DNA of 63,663 nucleotides, counting the filler, from Phoronis australis (Eukaryota > Animalia > Phoronida), in the NCBI GenBank assembly GCA_002633005.1. It is 8 parts of 8 records of this genome, joined end to end, with 100 filler letters (N's around TTAATTAATTAA, not from the genome) between each part and the next. Parts side by side here need not be neighbours in the genome. Positions count along the whole stretch, not along the records: positions 1 to 26,408 come from NMRA01000950.1; 7 more parts are not named here. The stretch is one strand, 5' to 3'. Both the position numbers and the translations under genes were made by a program. Position 1 is the first letter of the stretch, and every line of letters starts with the position of its first letter. Below, one piece after another: positions 1 through 12,477 of the stretch. A model generated the notes under the pieces. That model did no database searches. It saw only the letters and a list, made by a program, of their open reading frames with translations, and was not told the origin of the DNA.

Positions 1-57
1 TAATATTTGACAGATTTCTTCTTTTGTTATACTTGTAGTTCATTTGCTTGCCTGTAG

Positions 58-237
58 GTGTCCTTGGTAAATTGCTGCTCTCCTTTTCTGTGTATACCAA
101 TGGAAGCAAGTTGCTTGGTACCCATCAGACAGAGGGCGCTCTGCAATGTGTCAATGGAATACGATTCATAAGCATGACCTGGGTAATCTTGGGACATACT
201 TTGGCAATTTCTCCGTTCACATTTGTAAATATTATAG
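58..237 (+). CDS. NRF-6-like / acyltransferase-3 family membrane protein, first visible exon (gene starts upstream of window)
   Basis: Encodes FSVYTNGSKLL...GALQCVNGIRFISMTWVILGHT, the typical start of the Acyl_transf_3 domain in NRF-6-like proteins; AG at 56-57, GTAAGT donor at 238, phase 1. Confidence 0.9.
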
Positions 238-1214
238 GTAAGTAGTGAGTCCTTAAGTTGAGTTGTGGTTGTTTTGAACTCTGCTCTAAAATTTGAAAAT
301 GTTGAAAATATTAATGGAGTTGTTAGGTAGTGTTGGAAAGAACTTACAGTGTCTTACTGTTTTTCACTGCGGGTTATTATGTTTGTTGAGCTGCCATCTC
401 TTTCCAGGCCTAGCAGCCATGCGTCATCTCAGTATGAGGCAATTAGCTGATTTTGCAGATGTATTAGGTGGCAAAGATCAAAAGTTTGTTTCCGTGACAC
501 AACACGGGTTTTTTCGCTTTTACACTGAAGTGTTATTAGATGATAAATAGACATAATCAGTGCATTCTTGATTGACATTATTCATCGAAAGTAATGAGAC
601 ATTTCATAGTGACCGGTTTCCAGTGTGGTGTCTTTTGCGTACCTTTAAACTTCAGTTGAGAAGTTTGAAGAAACACAGTCAAAGTAATGTTTTGAAAGTC
701 GGTTTTGACATTTCCCTATAATGGAAGGGCTTTGTTTATGTTGTTTTGACAAAATTCTGTATCATGTATATAATTATATTGCTCATTACAAAACAAGAAC
801 CCTGGTGGCATGTATAGATGATTTTTCAGGACATCGTCAGCTGGCCACCTTGACCAATGTTGATCTATCTCAATTGAATCGCTTTAGTCCTACTAAAAGT
901 TTAAACGAATGCATTCTTGATCAGGAAATTTTTTAGTCCAGTGTCACACGCTTACTTAATGTGATAATTGATTTCATGTTTCAAAGTGCAACAAACTACA
1001 CTTCTATGATATTTGTAACGTGGTAGCAGACATCCCCTTGCCATTCTCAAATATCCGGACTCCAATCTTTGCTGCCTTTTGACTCATTACAGCGTTATCC
1101 TGTTGCTCCCAACTTGTTGGATTCTATAGCCCAACAACAAGTTGGGAAGTTTACCCCTGTAGCCAATTTTACATGACTGATTAACTCTATTCTGGCATTT
1201 ATGGTTGGCGGGCC

Positions 1215-2322
1215 ATGTTGTGAACACATCCACTAAAACAAGAAACTGTAGGAACACCGCATTTATCCACCTTCACTCTTATCAGGCTTCTATTGTAAGT
1301 CAGCATGCGTGAATAATTGGCTGATAAGCCACCTCTGGAACTACTTTTGGCTGAATGGATGAGCAGACCATAAAATGATAATTAGCCAAGACCAGTGGAA
1401 AGCTGTATACTGTATTGGCTCAAACAAACGCTTAGAAAAATTCATTTCACAGGGAGGGGACGCTTATTGTAGTGAGCCTACGGCAGTTGAATCCCGGTTT
1501 CCCAAACGGGTAAAATCAGAAGCTAGGATTCATCAAATTTACGCTCTGTGACGTATTTGTAGCCTATGACAGCCTTTCAACAAAATTGTGGTGCTGGAAA
1601 GCTGTATACTGTATTGGCTCAAACAAACGCTTAGAAAAATTCATTTCACGGGGAGGGGACGCTTATTGTAGGGAGCCTTCGGCAGTTGAAACCCGGTTTC
1701 CCAAACGGGTAAAATCGGAAGCTAGGATTCATCAAATTTACGCTCTGTGACGTATTTGTAGCCTATGACAGCCTTTCTACAAAATTGTGGTGCATTGCTA
1801 TCAACTTCCGTTGTTAAATTACGATAATTCTTCAAAAAATTGTGCTCATCACAGGGCGAAAACTTGCCGACTGATGCGTCGCTGAATCGCGATCGTCAAT
1901 AGGAAAACTTGTACTCTTGAATAAAAATATAGTTTCGACTCAACAAATTACCTGAAATCTTCCTGATGTTTTACAATTTGTAAAGTTCCTGTGGAGTCCA
2001 GATTAATTGCGATTAAGTCCAAATGTGCGCTACATCATACTCCACAACACGAGAAAAATCTCTGGATGAACACACATGTTGTCACGTGACGTTTGTTTTG
2101 AAGGTCGTCTGCGNCAGCTGATCATATCCGCATGAGCGAAGCCAATTATCCTCGCTCGTGACTCGATGACTAGAGCAGCTTGGCGGCATCTTTTTGATCG
2201 TGAGCCGAGCGCGACTCAGCCAAGGTGGATAAATACAGTCTAGTTCAATTTTCCATACCCCGCCGTTTACCTTAACCACTGGGGTTAGAACCAATTTTAT
2301 TTAGTGGGAATGTTCATAGCAT
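1215..2322 (+). mobile_element. Non-autonomous TIR element B with a 5-bp TSD
   Basis: Imperfect TIRs ATGTTGTGAACACATCCACTAAA / TTTAGTGGGAATGTTCATAGCAT; GGGCC duplicated at 1210-1214 and 2323-2327 but single in the empty copy near 12767. Confidence 0.75.
1396..1793. repeat. 199-bp tandem duplication inside element B
   Basis: TGGAAAGCTGTATAC... starts at 1396 and at 1595; only one unit in the copy near 7410-7610. Confidence 0.9.
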
Positions 2323-2945
2323 GGGCCGGCTCTCTTTTGTTCGATAATTCCTCTAATCTCTAGTAAGATCATATCTATCCTGACTGGGTTGTGCTGCTAA
2401 AATAAAAGTTAAGTTATAACATATTTGAACATAAATCAATACTATATCTGAAATCCTTGTCAAATGGTGATTATGTTTAGTTTTCGAATTGCCAAAATTG
2501 CCCAACTACAACTACCGAAGTTATGACAATCTATTCTTTCCGAATGTACCATGAATTCCCTCTGGGTTTGACTGTGTTCACAGGTGGTCTGTAATAAGCC
2601 TGGTAGATAATTGGCCTGCCTGTTGTCATAACAGACAAAAGGCTGTAGTTGGCAGTTAACAAAGAAGCTAGATGTTATCACATGCTCACAACCATCTATG
2701 CCTGGTAAAGTCACTGAACGGAAAAATACCGCCATGAAGGTAGTTTTTCATAGCTTTCTGTGAAATGTTTGTGAGAAAGGACTTAGCGATGCTTAAGTTT
2801 GCTGAATTGGAAATGGACATTTTTCGAACAAGTCTACTGATATTCAGAAAGCTCTTTAAAAAATGGATAAGTTTGCATCGCCATTTTCAAATTTTTCTAT
2901 ATGTATTGTTGTCCTCTTCTTGCACTATCTTTATCTTATGCTCAG

Positions 2946-3039
2946 GAAACATGGGTGATCTTGGTGTTTACACAAAATGGTGGACATTCCAGGCCATCAC
3001 CAATGCCACTGTCAGTGTGGATACATTTTTTCTTCTCAG
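2946..3039 (+). CDS. NRF-6-like exon
   Basis: WTFQAITNATVSVDTFFLL(S) motif; CAG acceptor, GTGAGT donor; phases 1/2 fit the neighbouring exons. Confidence 0.92.
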
Positions 3040-3629
3040 GTGAGTGAAAGGGGAAAGATGAATAAAATGTTGTTTTGTTGATGTCTGAGTGTTTCCTAAA
3101 TAAAGTCGGTACCAAAAATTGTCTTCTTGATCTGAGAGGTGCACAACTTGGTCGTAAAGTGCCTTCGGGTGTCATCTTTAAAATCAATAGCCGGGTGGAA
3201 CCCTGTGTTTTGGTATTTTTTAAAGTATGTCGTACCAGCACTCCTGCACATTGTGTATCATTAGATCACATGAAGTTCAACTATTGGTTGAACTGGATGA
3301 CTCACCATTTCAAAGTTTGCAGGTCCGTGTGTTGTGTGCAGCCGTTGAAATGTGATAGCAATGAAGCTTGAACACTAGGGCTTTCCTGAATCTTTCACCT
3401 TCTGACTTCACTTTCGTTGATGATTTGAAAGTCATCTTTTACGCATTATGTTGAACTGTTCAATTTTCCCACTGTTGTAGAAGCATAGACATGCTTCCAT
3501 TGTTTGGTATTCTGTGGATTTTCATCAAATTAGCCTCTGATTTCCTTTTTGCTGTTTGTTTTAAACTACTGACAATAGTCTCTGTTTATAATGATTGTCC
3601 AACCTGACCTGTTTCCCTATTGGTTGTAG

Positions 3630-3734
3630 TGGGCTATTAGTGGGCTACTTGGTTCTGAGAGAAATGGAGAAGAAGAACGGTTGTAACAGCATGGTGCGAC
3701 ACTGGGTCATGTATTATGTTCACCGATACATCAG
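3630..3734 (+). CDS. NRF-6-like exon
   Basis: (S)GLLVGYLVL...YYVHRYI(R); TAG acceptor, GT donor; phases 2/2. Confidence 0.9.
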
Positions 3735-4225
3735 GTTTGTGGTGCAAAAGGGGTCACTGCATGTCTTGTTTCTACGAGCTTTGTTGTGGGTACTGTTTAA
3801 TGTTTTGTTTTTGAATTTTGGCTGAGGGGAATTATTCGTCAAACACTGTTGAGTTCAAATTTACCAGTTACCAAGATGTAAATACCTGTAAGCTTTGAAA
3901 AAAGCACAGACATGCTAAATGCCTTGTGGGTGGCTACATCTTTTAAAAGTGTTTTTAACCAGTTTTGCTTCAAGTTTCTAAAGTCAGAAGCAAAGATAGG
4001 GTTTTGAGATTTTTTACTGTGGAGCCTTGTGACTGTAAGCACGTTGTTTTCTCTCATTTAGCGTGCTGATTGAACACTCACCACCTTCACACTACCTTGT
4101 GAGAGATGTACAGGTAAATGGGTGCAGCTGTGTCACCTGAGAGGTGTCACCGCTCTCACATAATTGCACTCTAATGTTTCACGCAAATGATGTTGATGCA
4201 CTGGTCATTGTAATTTCCGTTACAG

Positions 4226-4388
4226 ACTGACCCCACCATACATGTTGATACTGATGGTGTACAGCACTCTCTTGACATACACAAACAGTGGACCAATATG
4301 GCTTCCTGCCGATGTTAATTGCCCAAAGTACTGGTGGACCAATCTTCTCTACGTCAATAACTTTGTTCACTCAAAACAGGCAGAAATG
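4226..4388 (+). CDS. NRF-6-like exon
   Basis: (R)LTPPYM...SGPIW...CPKYWWTNLLYVNNF; CAG acceptor, GTAAAT donor; phases 2/0. Confidence 0.92.
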
Positions 4389-4967
4389 GTAAATATTGTC
4401 GTTACTTATTTTCATTGTGTCTGACAAAATTTTTCACCACTTTAAATGCCAAATTTAAACCAAGTTTTTCGACCACACATTGCATAGGACAGAGATTGTA
4501 AAATATTTTTGTTGCCTTGGAGCATTATGTGTGGCAGAGAAGGTTGATATTGTCAGTACTGCACAGATCACAATGATTTGTCCGACCGGTGGTAGTTGAA
4601 TTAGAGAGTGGACATTGAGTAGCAGGAATGATAGCTGACTAGCCGGCTAATTATTGTTAAACCATATGGCTTTTGACAATGAAAGCTCTTTAGTATAGTC
4701 TTATTCAGTGGTAACGAAGTTAATTGATCGCATGCGGATAATTTTTTAAAAAATGCGTCTCAGCGTGTGGTGATGATTTACCACTTGTCCTGGTTTTTCT
4801 ACCCAAGTAATGACGTATTGGTGACTAAGCTAATGACTCTCGCATAGGATTGCTTGCCTGGTCACTGTCAGCTAGGCCACTATTCACCAACTCATTGTTG
4901 ATGGAAAATGTGTAATTTGTGCTGTGACTAAATTATGTTGGACATTGTTGTAAATATTTGATCAATG

Positions 4968-5056
4968 GCCAGCAGTATAATGCCAGCAGTATAATGCCAG
5001 CAGTATAATGCCAGCAGTATAATGCCAGCAGTATAATGCCAGCAGTATAATGCCAG
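4968..5056. repeat. 14-bp minisatellite (TGCCAGCAGTATAA) x~6
   Basis: Read directly. Confidence 0.95.
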
Positions 5057-5631
5057 GCAGAGAAGTTAGGTGTTATTATAATGCCAGGCACAGAATCGTG
5101 ATATTGTCAATATCTCAATTGATTCACTTGTATGTTCATAATCAGTTGCAACTAGTTATCAGGCAAATTAAAAAGCCGATAATTCATGATTACACAGGTA
5201 TGAAACTAAGCGAATTATGTATACTATTCAAGCTACACATGGTTAAACAGAGATGATACTGATTGAGTTCTGTAGTTCAAACTTAGAACAAAGTGTGTAT
5301 TGCAGTCGAGCAGTGGCCATGGTAACTTATACATTGTTCTTCAGTTTAATCTCGTTTTCCAACTTTAAAATTCATACGTTGATTCGGTTCTTAGTATTTC
5401 CTTAAAATTGTCCAGGGTGTGCAAACTATCCGTACCTAAAAGTTTTGACGTGTGATTTTCAAGTTTGTGCTGTAGCATGCCAGCATGTTTTATCTGACTA
5501 AGTTGATCTTGAGGGTAAATTTATCAAGCTTATCTTCATCCTTAATGTTAGACATGGTATTGAGTATCAGACAATTAAAGTATCATGCTTTACTTTCATT
5601 GTTCATCAGTTGTTCATGTCTCTCCTTGCAG

Positions 5632-5711
5632 TGCATGGGATGGTCATGGTACCTCGCCAATGACATGCAGTTCTACATTATAGCTCCCATCTTTCTCGTC
5701 CCTTTATTTTA
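5632..5711 (+). CDS. NRF-6-like exon
   Basis: CMGWSWYLANDMQFYIIAP signature; CAG acceptor, GTAAGT donor at 5712, ends in phase 2. Confidence 0.93.
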
Positions 5712-6659
5712 GTAAGTGTCTAAACATTCTGTTTATACTATCTCAGTGAAAATTAGCAGTGTCACTTTGATACCTGCAAAATTTCCATCTCTGTCAGTTG
5801 CTTCTAATATTAAGGACATCATTGTGAAACATAATTTTACATAGTTCTTTGGAAATCTTTGCATTTTCTTTTTTAACTTTGCTTTTTCTGGTTGTCTGGC
5901 TCACGGAATGACACGAGATTATAGGCATTTACAAACTGAAGCCATCCAGTGCCCAACTAGAAAATAATAATATACTGCATAGACGGCTTCAACTAGTGTC
6001 ATCTTATTTAATTCCAATGTCTGTTATCATTTAGGAGTTGGTCACTGGGTGTTTTTGGGACAACATTTTTGTGTATGTCTTAGACAACAGATGTGCTACT
6101 GGTTGGTCATGAATGAATGTAGTTATTGATGGTCATAAATCAATACTATTTCTATCTGGAAGTAGATAATACACAAGGAGTTGTACGGTGGCACACATTA
6201 GACATAGTGGTTTTGGGGGAGGAGATTGCCAAGAAGGCAATATTGAAATGCATGTAACGTCACCAGTCTCTTGCAGTGAGAATATTGAGGGTTGACAGTC
6301 CATGTACTGCACTAATCCGTATGGCTCATGTTGTTCTGCTGCCCTGCTATGTAAATCTGCTTGTCACAAATTTACTACCAATCTGCTTAAGCTTAGTAGC
6401 AAATGAGGTCATTGGAATGAAAGGATATCATAAAAAGACATAATGGTTATAATTAAATAGTTAATATTCCAGCATCAAAGTAATTTCGGCAACTAATTAT
6501 GTTTAGATCATTATAGTTTTCACACCTTTTGCGCACACTGAGAGGTTTTTTTTTTAATCTAGCTTTCAGTTAACATGTTCAAAAGCAAATTAGCACATTA
6601 GAATGGGAGTGCCCCATGGCATGTAGAGACAGCATTTGCCTCAAATTCACTTGAAACCN

Positions 6660-7835
6660 ACAATAGAAGCCTGATAAGAGTGAAGGTGGATAAATGCGGT
6701 GTTCCTACAGTTTCTTGTTTTAGTGGATGTGTTCAGGACATGAACGAATTTGGATTTTGACTATAGTTTTGATGCAGCGAGCTGGCTGACCACTGCGTCA
6801 GTGTCTCCGTTAGACACAGAAATTTCACTCAGCCCGGGTAGTTCACTTCGTCACCAACATGTAGATCGAGCCTTGGACTACATGTATGAATACTCCACGG
6901 TAGAGCTAACGACCGTCGGCCGGTGCACACAAAACCTGTGAGTAAACCAGCACTCACCTTGCACGTTGCAACCGTTTAAATGAAAAAACAATCTAGTAAA
7001 CGCCATTTTCCTGCATAATCCTCCGCCTTTTGTAACAAAAAGTCTATCGTCGATGACCCACACACGCACGCTCCGGCGCTCACTCTCATACGCAGACGAA
7101 CTTCAAAACAAACGTCACATGACAACAACGCGTGTGTTCATCCAGAGATTTTTCTCGTGTTGTGGGGTACGATGTAGCGCAGATTTGCACTTAATCGCAA
7201 TTAATCTGGACTCCACATGAACTTTAAAAATTATAGAACATAAGGAAGATTTCAGGTAATTTGTTGAGTCGAAACTATATTTTTATTCAAGAGTTCAAGT
7301 TTTCCTATTGACGATGGCGATTCAGCGACACATCAGTCGGCAAGTTTTCGCCCTGTGATGAGCACAATTTTTTGAAAAATTATCGTAATTTAACAACGGA
7401 AGTTCATAGCAATGCACCACAATTTTGTAGAAAGACTGTCATAGGCTAAAAATACGTCACAGAGGGTAAATTTTAAGAATCCTAGCTTCCGATTTTACCC
7501 GTTTGGGAAACCGGCTTTCAACTGCCGTAGGCTACAATAAAAATCCCCTCCCTGTGAAATGAATTTTTCTAAGCGTTTATTAGAGCCAGTACAGTATACA
7601 GCTTTCCACCAAGGCTAGGTGATGCCAGAACATTATTCTTTGTTGCATTAGTAACTGGTCTTGGCTAATTATCATTTGATGGCCTGGTCATCCATTCAGC
7701 CAAAAGTAGTTCTAGAGGTGCCTTATCAGCCAATTATTCAAGCATGCTGACTCACAATAGAAGCCTGATAAGAGTGATGGTGGATAAATACAGTGTTCCT
7801 ACAGTTTGTTGTGCTAGTGGATGTGTTCGCAACAT
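6660..7835 (-). mobile_element. Inverted copy or copies of element B
   Basis: 7090-7835 is the reverse complement of 1215-2113; 6660-6741 is a second left-terminus copy (reverse complement of about 1215-1296). Confidence 0.85.
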
Positions 7836-8509
7836 GTACACTGTAAGTTGTAATTACCAAACTAGTTACTGTGACTAATTGAGTGCCCCAAAATCTCCCC
7901 TAGCTCCTCGTTGTTCAGCCTTCAATTCTACACTTAAGCTCATGCTAGTGAGAACTAACATAGTGTTATTGCTTGAGAAGTTGCTTGATGTACAAAATAA
8001 CCAGCTGTGTTGTGCCGACCTTTGACCCTGGTCTCAGTGAGCCAGCTGTCGGTTTTTCCCCAAGTCCATATATCTTCTTTTATTTGAGTAAAGCACAATT
8101 ACCGTTACAGTAGAAACCAATTTGACATTTTACTGTGGTAAGTTGAATTAAATTTTCTAACGTCCCTGCAACTCTGTTCTGAATGTGGCCATGTCTAATT
8201 ATTATCACATTTACTGTGTGAAATATTAGGCTTTTCATCAAAGCCTTCTTGATGTTGTTTTCCTTTAATACTAGAATCATGTTCTATTAAACACAATCAA
8301 TTTCTTGCCTGATCCTGCCAATTAAATTACCATGCAGGGTATGCTCATAGTTTGACACATAGTACATTCATTTCTAAGCTTTTTCACTGCACTTATGTGT
8401 AAATGAATACTTAGTTCATGCACAAGTTGTCTGTACCCTAAAGTTTTGAAAATCATTTGGGTGGCATAAGAGTTTTCAATTGGATATTGTCAGTGTCCAA
8501 TTATTGCAG

Positions 8510-8699
8510 GCTGTAGCCGTGATTGGCTGGTGCCTAGCAGCCTTCTTCTGTTGCTCCACCCTGTACGGTCTATATGGACCAACCGCCAATGGTGACAAGT
8601 GGAGCTTGGGTGTGTCTGCGTTGTACAACTCTACCTACCGCTATGCTTGGTCACTGGGTGTAGCCTGGGTAATCTTCGCGTGCAGCACTGGATATGGAG
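8510..8699 (+). CDS. NRF-6-like exon
   Basis: GWCLAA...LYNSTYRYAWSLGVAWVIFACSTGYG(G); CAG acceptor, GTAAAT donor; phases 0/1. Confidence 0.9.
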
Positions 8700-8802
8700 G
8701 TAAATGAACCACCTTTTGCCTGTGGCCAGCCTTTATCATCATTGGAAGCATTTTTGGGGGATAGCTGTGGGTTATATTATGGTTCTGCAAGTTTGTTTCG
8801 TC

Positions 8803-8910
8803 TTGTATGAGATGAGATAAATTTTGTATGAGATGAGATAAATTTTGTATGAGATGAGATAAATTTTGTATGAGATGAGATAAATTTTGTATGAGATGAG
8901 ATAAATTTTG
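8803..8910. repeat. 21-bp minisatellite (TTGTATGAGATGAGATAAATT) x5
   Basis: Read directly. Confidence 0.95.
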
Positions 8911-9224
8911 CTTCTGATTATTGTGAATGACATTAAAAAGGTGTTGTGTTTATTCAAATTTATTCAAAAGTTAACACAAGAAAATTATATTTTAATTATG
9001 TGCAATGTGTTGAGTAATTAATATGTCTATGATGTGTGTTGCTGTCCAGTATTCGTAGTGTGAGCCAAGTTGTTTCGCTTTTGCTATACCACTGACGTAA
9101 GTCATTAGACAATCAATCAAAATGCTTTGGTTCCAAATTTTACCAACTGGAAAAACATCTGTAAGTTTTTAAACCCACTTCATGTTTCATTATGATGTTG
9201 AGAGCTATCACTATGTGTTTCTAG

Positions 9225-9367
9225 GCTACGTCAACACCTTGCTGTCCTGGAAGGCTCTCATACCTCTCAGCCGTCTCACATACTGTGCTTACCTAGCGCA
9301 CCCTATTGTCATGATGTGGTACTATTACTCTCAGGAGGTCCTTATCGTGTTCACATTGCCCAATATA
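9225..9367 (+). CDS. NRF-6-like exon
   Basis: (G)YVNTLLSWKALIPLSRLTYCAYLAHP; TAG acceptor, GTAAGT donor; phases 1/0. Confidence 0.93.
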
Positions 9368-10770
9368 GTAAGTTTGTGTGGGATATTACCTACTAACAGA
9401 ATAAGATGGGTCAGTAGTAAGTGGTGTTGAGAATTATGGAATGCTTGAAGGAAAATGAGCTGCAGATAAAACCAAAGGTTTTACTTGTTAAGGCAGGTTT
9501 CAGTATGCTAAATTGACTGTCTAAAGTAAGTCATAGAATTCAGTAGCGTTACTGCTAGTACTAAGGCCCAAAGTGAGGCACAGTTTCTACACGAGCACTC
9601 CTGGGTTATTGATAAGGGTATCATACCACAAGCCCACTCCATAACACAAGGGACTTGTGAATGAATCCTGATGTGACCATGTACTTTACTAAAAATGCAT
9701 GACCCCAACTCCTTAAGGTTCCCCTAACCTCACCTAACTTGCCTTTATGGCTCCAAATGTACATGTAAAGCACATATTTACTGATAGTACAAAATGTTGG
9801 TTTTGCTTTTATACCAGTCTACCATTGAGTGGGTCACATGACCATGTCTTTTTTAGTATTATTTAGCACAAAACAATTGCAAACCAACAGCGACATTAAG
9901 CAGGTGACCAAATTTCATTTGATAATATGTTTAATATGAAATAGTAAAGCATGCTTCAGTTTCCTAAATCATCGTGTTTTTGTTCTATACAACTTAATTT
10001 TGATTTGTTTCCTAAAAATCATAAGAGTCATATTTTGATAGCCCCTCTTGCCAAAGTTGGTCATTTATAAAACAAATCTCAAATTGTTCATTTGGGAGAA
10101 CAGAGGATAGATAAAGAATCACATTCAAAAGTTTCATTTGAATCTGATTAGCCATTTTGAGTGCAAGTGTGAAGTTAACTCTTGGTCTAACATAATCTTT
10201 GTGAACCTAGGCTTCGCTGGCTTGTGTCATGTCATGTGTACACAGCAGAATTTTTCATTGTTTTGCAAAGTATCAAATTCCAGCCAGGTGGTTGGCCGGA
10301 TACTTGTCTGTCAAAAACCAGTGGAATACATAGACGCCTGGCGCCTCGGCTCTCCAAACCTGTTAATGTCCCCACTGTAACTTGCTGTACAACGGTGAAA
10401 GTGTTCACATCAGAATGACAAATGTCAAATGAATTTTAATGTAAAGTAGTGAATAGCATGGTGGCCGTGTATGACAACTGTGAGCCAAGCGCTCCATGGA
10501 TGAGCTGCATTGTGGGTAAATAGCGCAGAGTCAGAGAGGGCACTGTACTATTCCAGGGATTGGCTATTGGATCAGTGTGACTTTCTTTGAAATATTTAAA
10601 AGCATGGTCACCTTTCAGATCTTCACGGTTTGTTTGTTACTTGCAAACTTAATTCCCAGTGTCTAATACACCCTATTTTGTGCCCATCTCTTTGTGGAGC
10701 CCACATCATTCGGATTCATTGTGTGTTCCATTATCTGCAGTCATTATTACCATTCTTCTTTGTCTTTCAG

Positions 10771-10887
10771 ATTTACTATTTCTTTGGTCATCTAATTGCT
10801 GCTTATGCTGTGGCGTTCGTGGCATCATTGTTGTTTGAGTCACCGATACTGGGTGTGGAGAAAGTCTTGTTGGGACGATTCCGATGA
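10771..10887 (+). CDS. NRF-6-like terminal coding exon
   Basis: YAVAFVASLLFESPILGVEK then TGA; polypyrimidine tract plus CAG acceptor. Confidence 0.92.
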   Translation: MYYFFGHLIAAYAVAFVASLLFESPILGVEKVLLGRFR

Positions 10888-10907
10888 CACTGATTATTTA
10901 ACTGTCC

Positions 10908-10913
10908 AATAAA
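10908..10913 (+). promoter_or_regulatory. Candidate polyadenylation signal of the NRF-6-like gene
   Basis: AATAAA about 20 nt after the stop with T/GT-rich sequence downstream; alternatives at 11481 and 11641. Confidence 0.4.
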
Positions 10914-12477
10914 CTGTTTCTTTTTAGTCAGTGTTTGAAAATAATTCATTTGTTGATTACTTCCTAGTTAAATTAAAATCTAGTCATTCCGACATGTAAA
11001 GTTTTAGATGTGGAGAATATTTGTTGTGGTGTTCTGGAATACATTGTCAAAATCCCCTAGTAAAATGACAAACAAATAGTTTGGTATATTTTATTTTTAA
11101 ACTTTGTTTCTCATCTCCTTTGTCGCTTTAACTATAACATTAGGGTGCGAAATCTTGGCCGTTGCAATAGGAAGTGGCTACTAAGATTAATTGTGCAGAC
11201 TCTTCACTCCACAATGCAGTATTCTGATGAATCAGCATAATCACTTTCAGTCATCGCCATTTTACGTGAGACGTGTTATGTTGCACTTTAAACGTTATCC
11301 GACTTGGTCTCGTAATTCGAACTTTATTGCCAGAAATAATAAGATGTCGACCATCATTTTTTACGTCAACCTTAGGTCCACGCGCTGCCACTGTCAAGCT
11401 GAGAATGAAGTGTTTTGTACTTTCAAAGTTTTTATATATTATCATGACCATCCAAAGATATCGCTGTGATTTTGTTTTTGAATAAATTTTAAGCATTTTA
11501 AGTAAAACTTAACTGATACAGTTTTAGTAAGGTTGTTATTGTTATGCCTTGGTATTCTTTGTAAAAGATAAGTCTGTGATAACTCATGACGTTGTCAATG
11601 TCTGCGTCACGTCAGTATGTTGCAAAATTACATGTACGTGAATAAAAGATATGTTAAAACCCTTTCTGATTTGCGTTTCCTGAATCTTTGATGCCGTCAA
11701 AGGTCGGGTTATTGTGTATATGTCCCCGTCGATGCGGCTACTTTTATGTTCCCTTGCTTAACCCCAACTTTTGCCCTAATCACGGCGGCCCTGCCTTTCC
11801 CCGCCACCCGTCATATAGAGCCAAAATATTGGGTTTCAAAGGATGGGATTGTCTAGTACTGTGGGTATTGAATTTTGTATAGGAAATGTGCGTTGGTTGT
11901 AGCAAAGCCACACCCCCGGATTAGTTAAGAAACTATGTAAAATGTAGAAAAAAAACGAAGAAAAAAAATGGCTGCCTATTATTTACGCCAGTGGGAAAAC
12001 ACGAAAGCTTCAATATCAGCGGAATAATAATGGAAATCACCACGACACAGAGTGGCGAAAAACTGATGAGTGATTGGAAGGAGGAATTGCGGGGTACAAA
12101 ATCATGAATCGCCTATGTTCAAACAAATTCGCTTCATATGCATCCGAAGCAGGCACGTCCAGGGACGCCTAAGTCGGATATATGTGTATATTTAGGTTCA
12201 AATATGTTAAACGTGTGATATTTTTCAAGGTCAGCATGTCAATCCACATGATTTTAATAAGAACAGTCGACATTACCGAAATTGGGCTTCGTCAGCTGAA
12301 GTTAGGGTACATTTTCATGTATGAAATGCCAAAGGTTTAACATGCTGAAATGGAATGCAAAACCTTTCGAATTGATAGGAGATGAAAACTGTCTTTTTGA
12401 CAAGACAAGGTGTCAATTGCAAACTTGAGACATCACCTTCTTTATAAAAGTTGAGCGATGATCCCACTGTAAATAAA

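Larger units (their letters stand above)
1083..2740. mobile_element. MITE family A, intron copy interrupted by element B
   Basis: 1097-1214 joined to 2328-2735 is colinear with the uninterrupted copy at 12639-13169. Confidence 0.75.
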
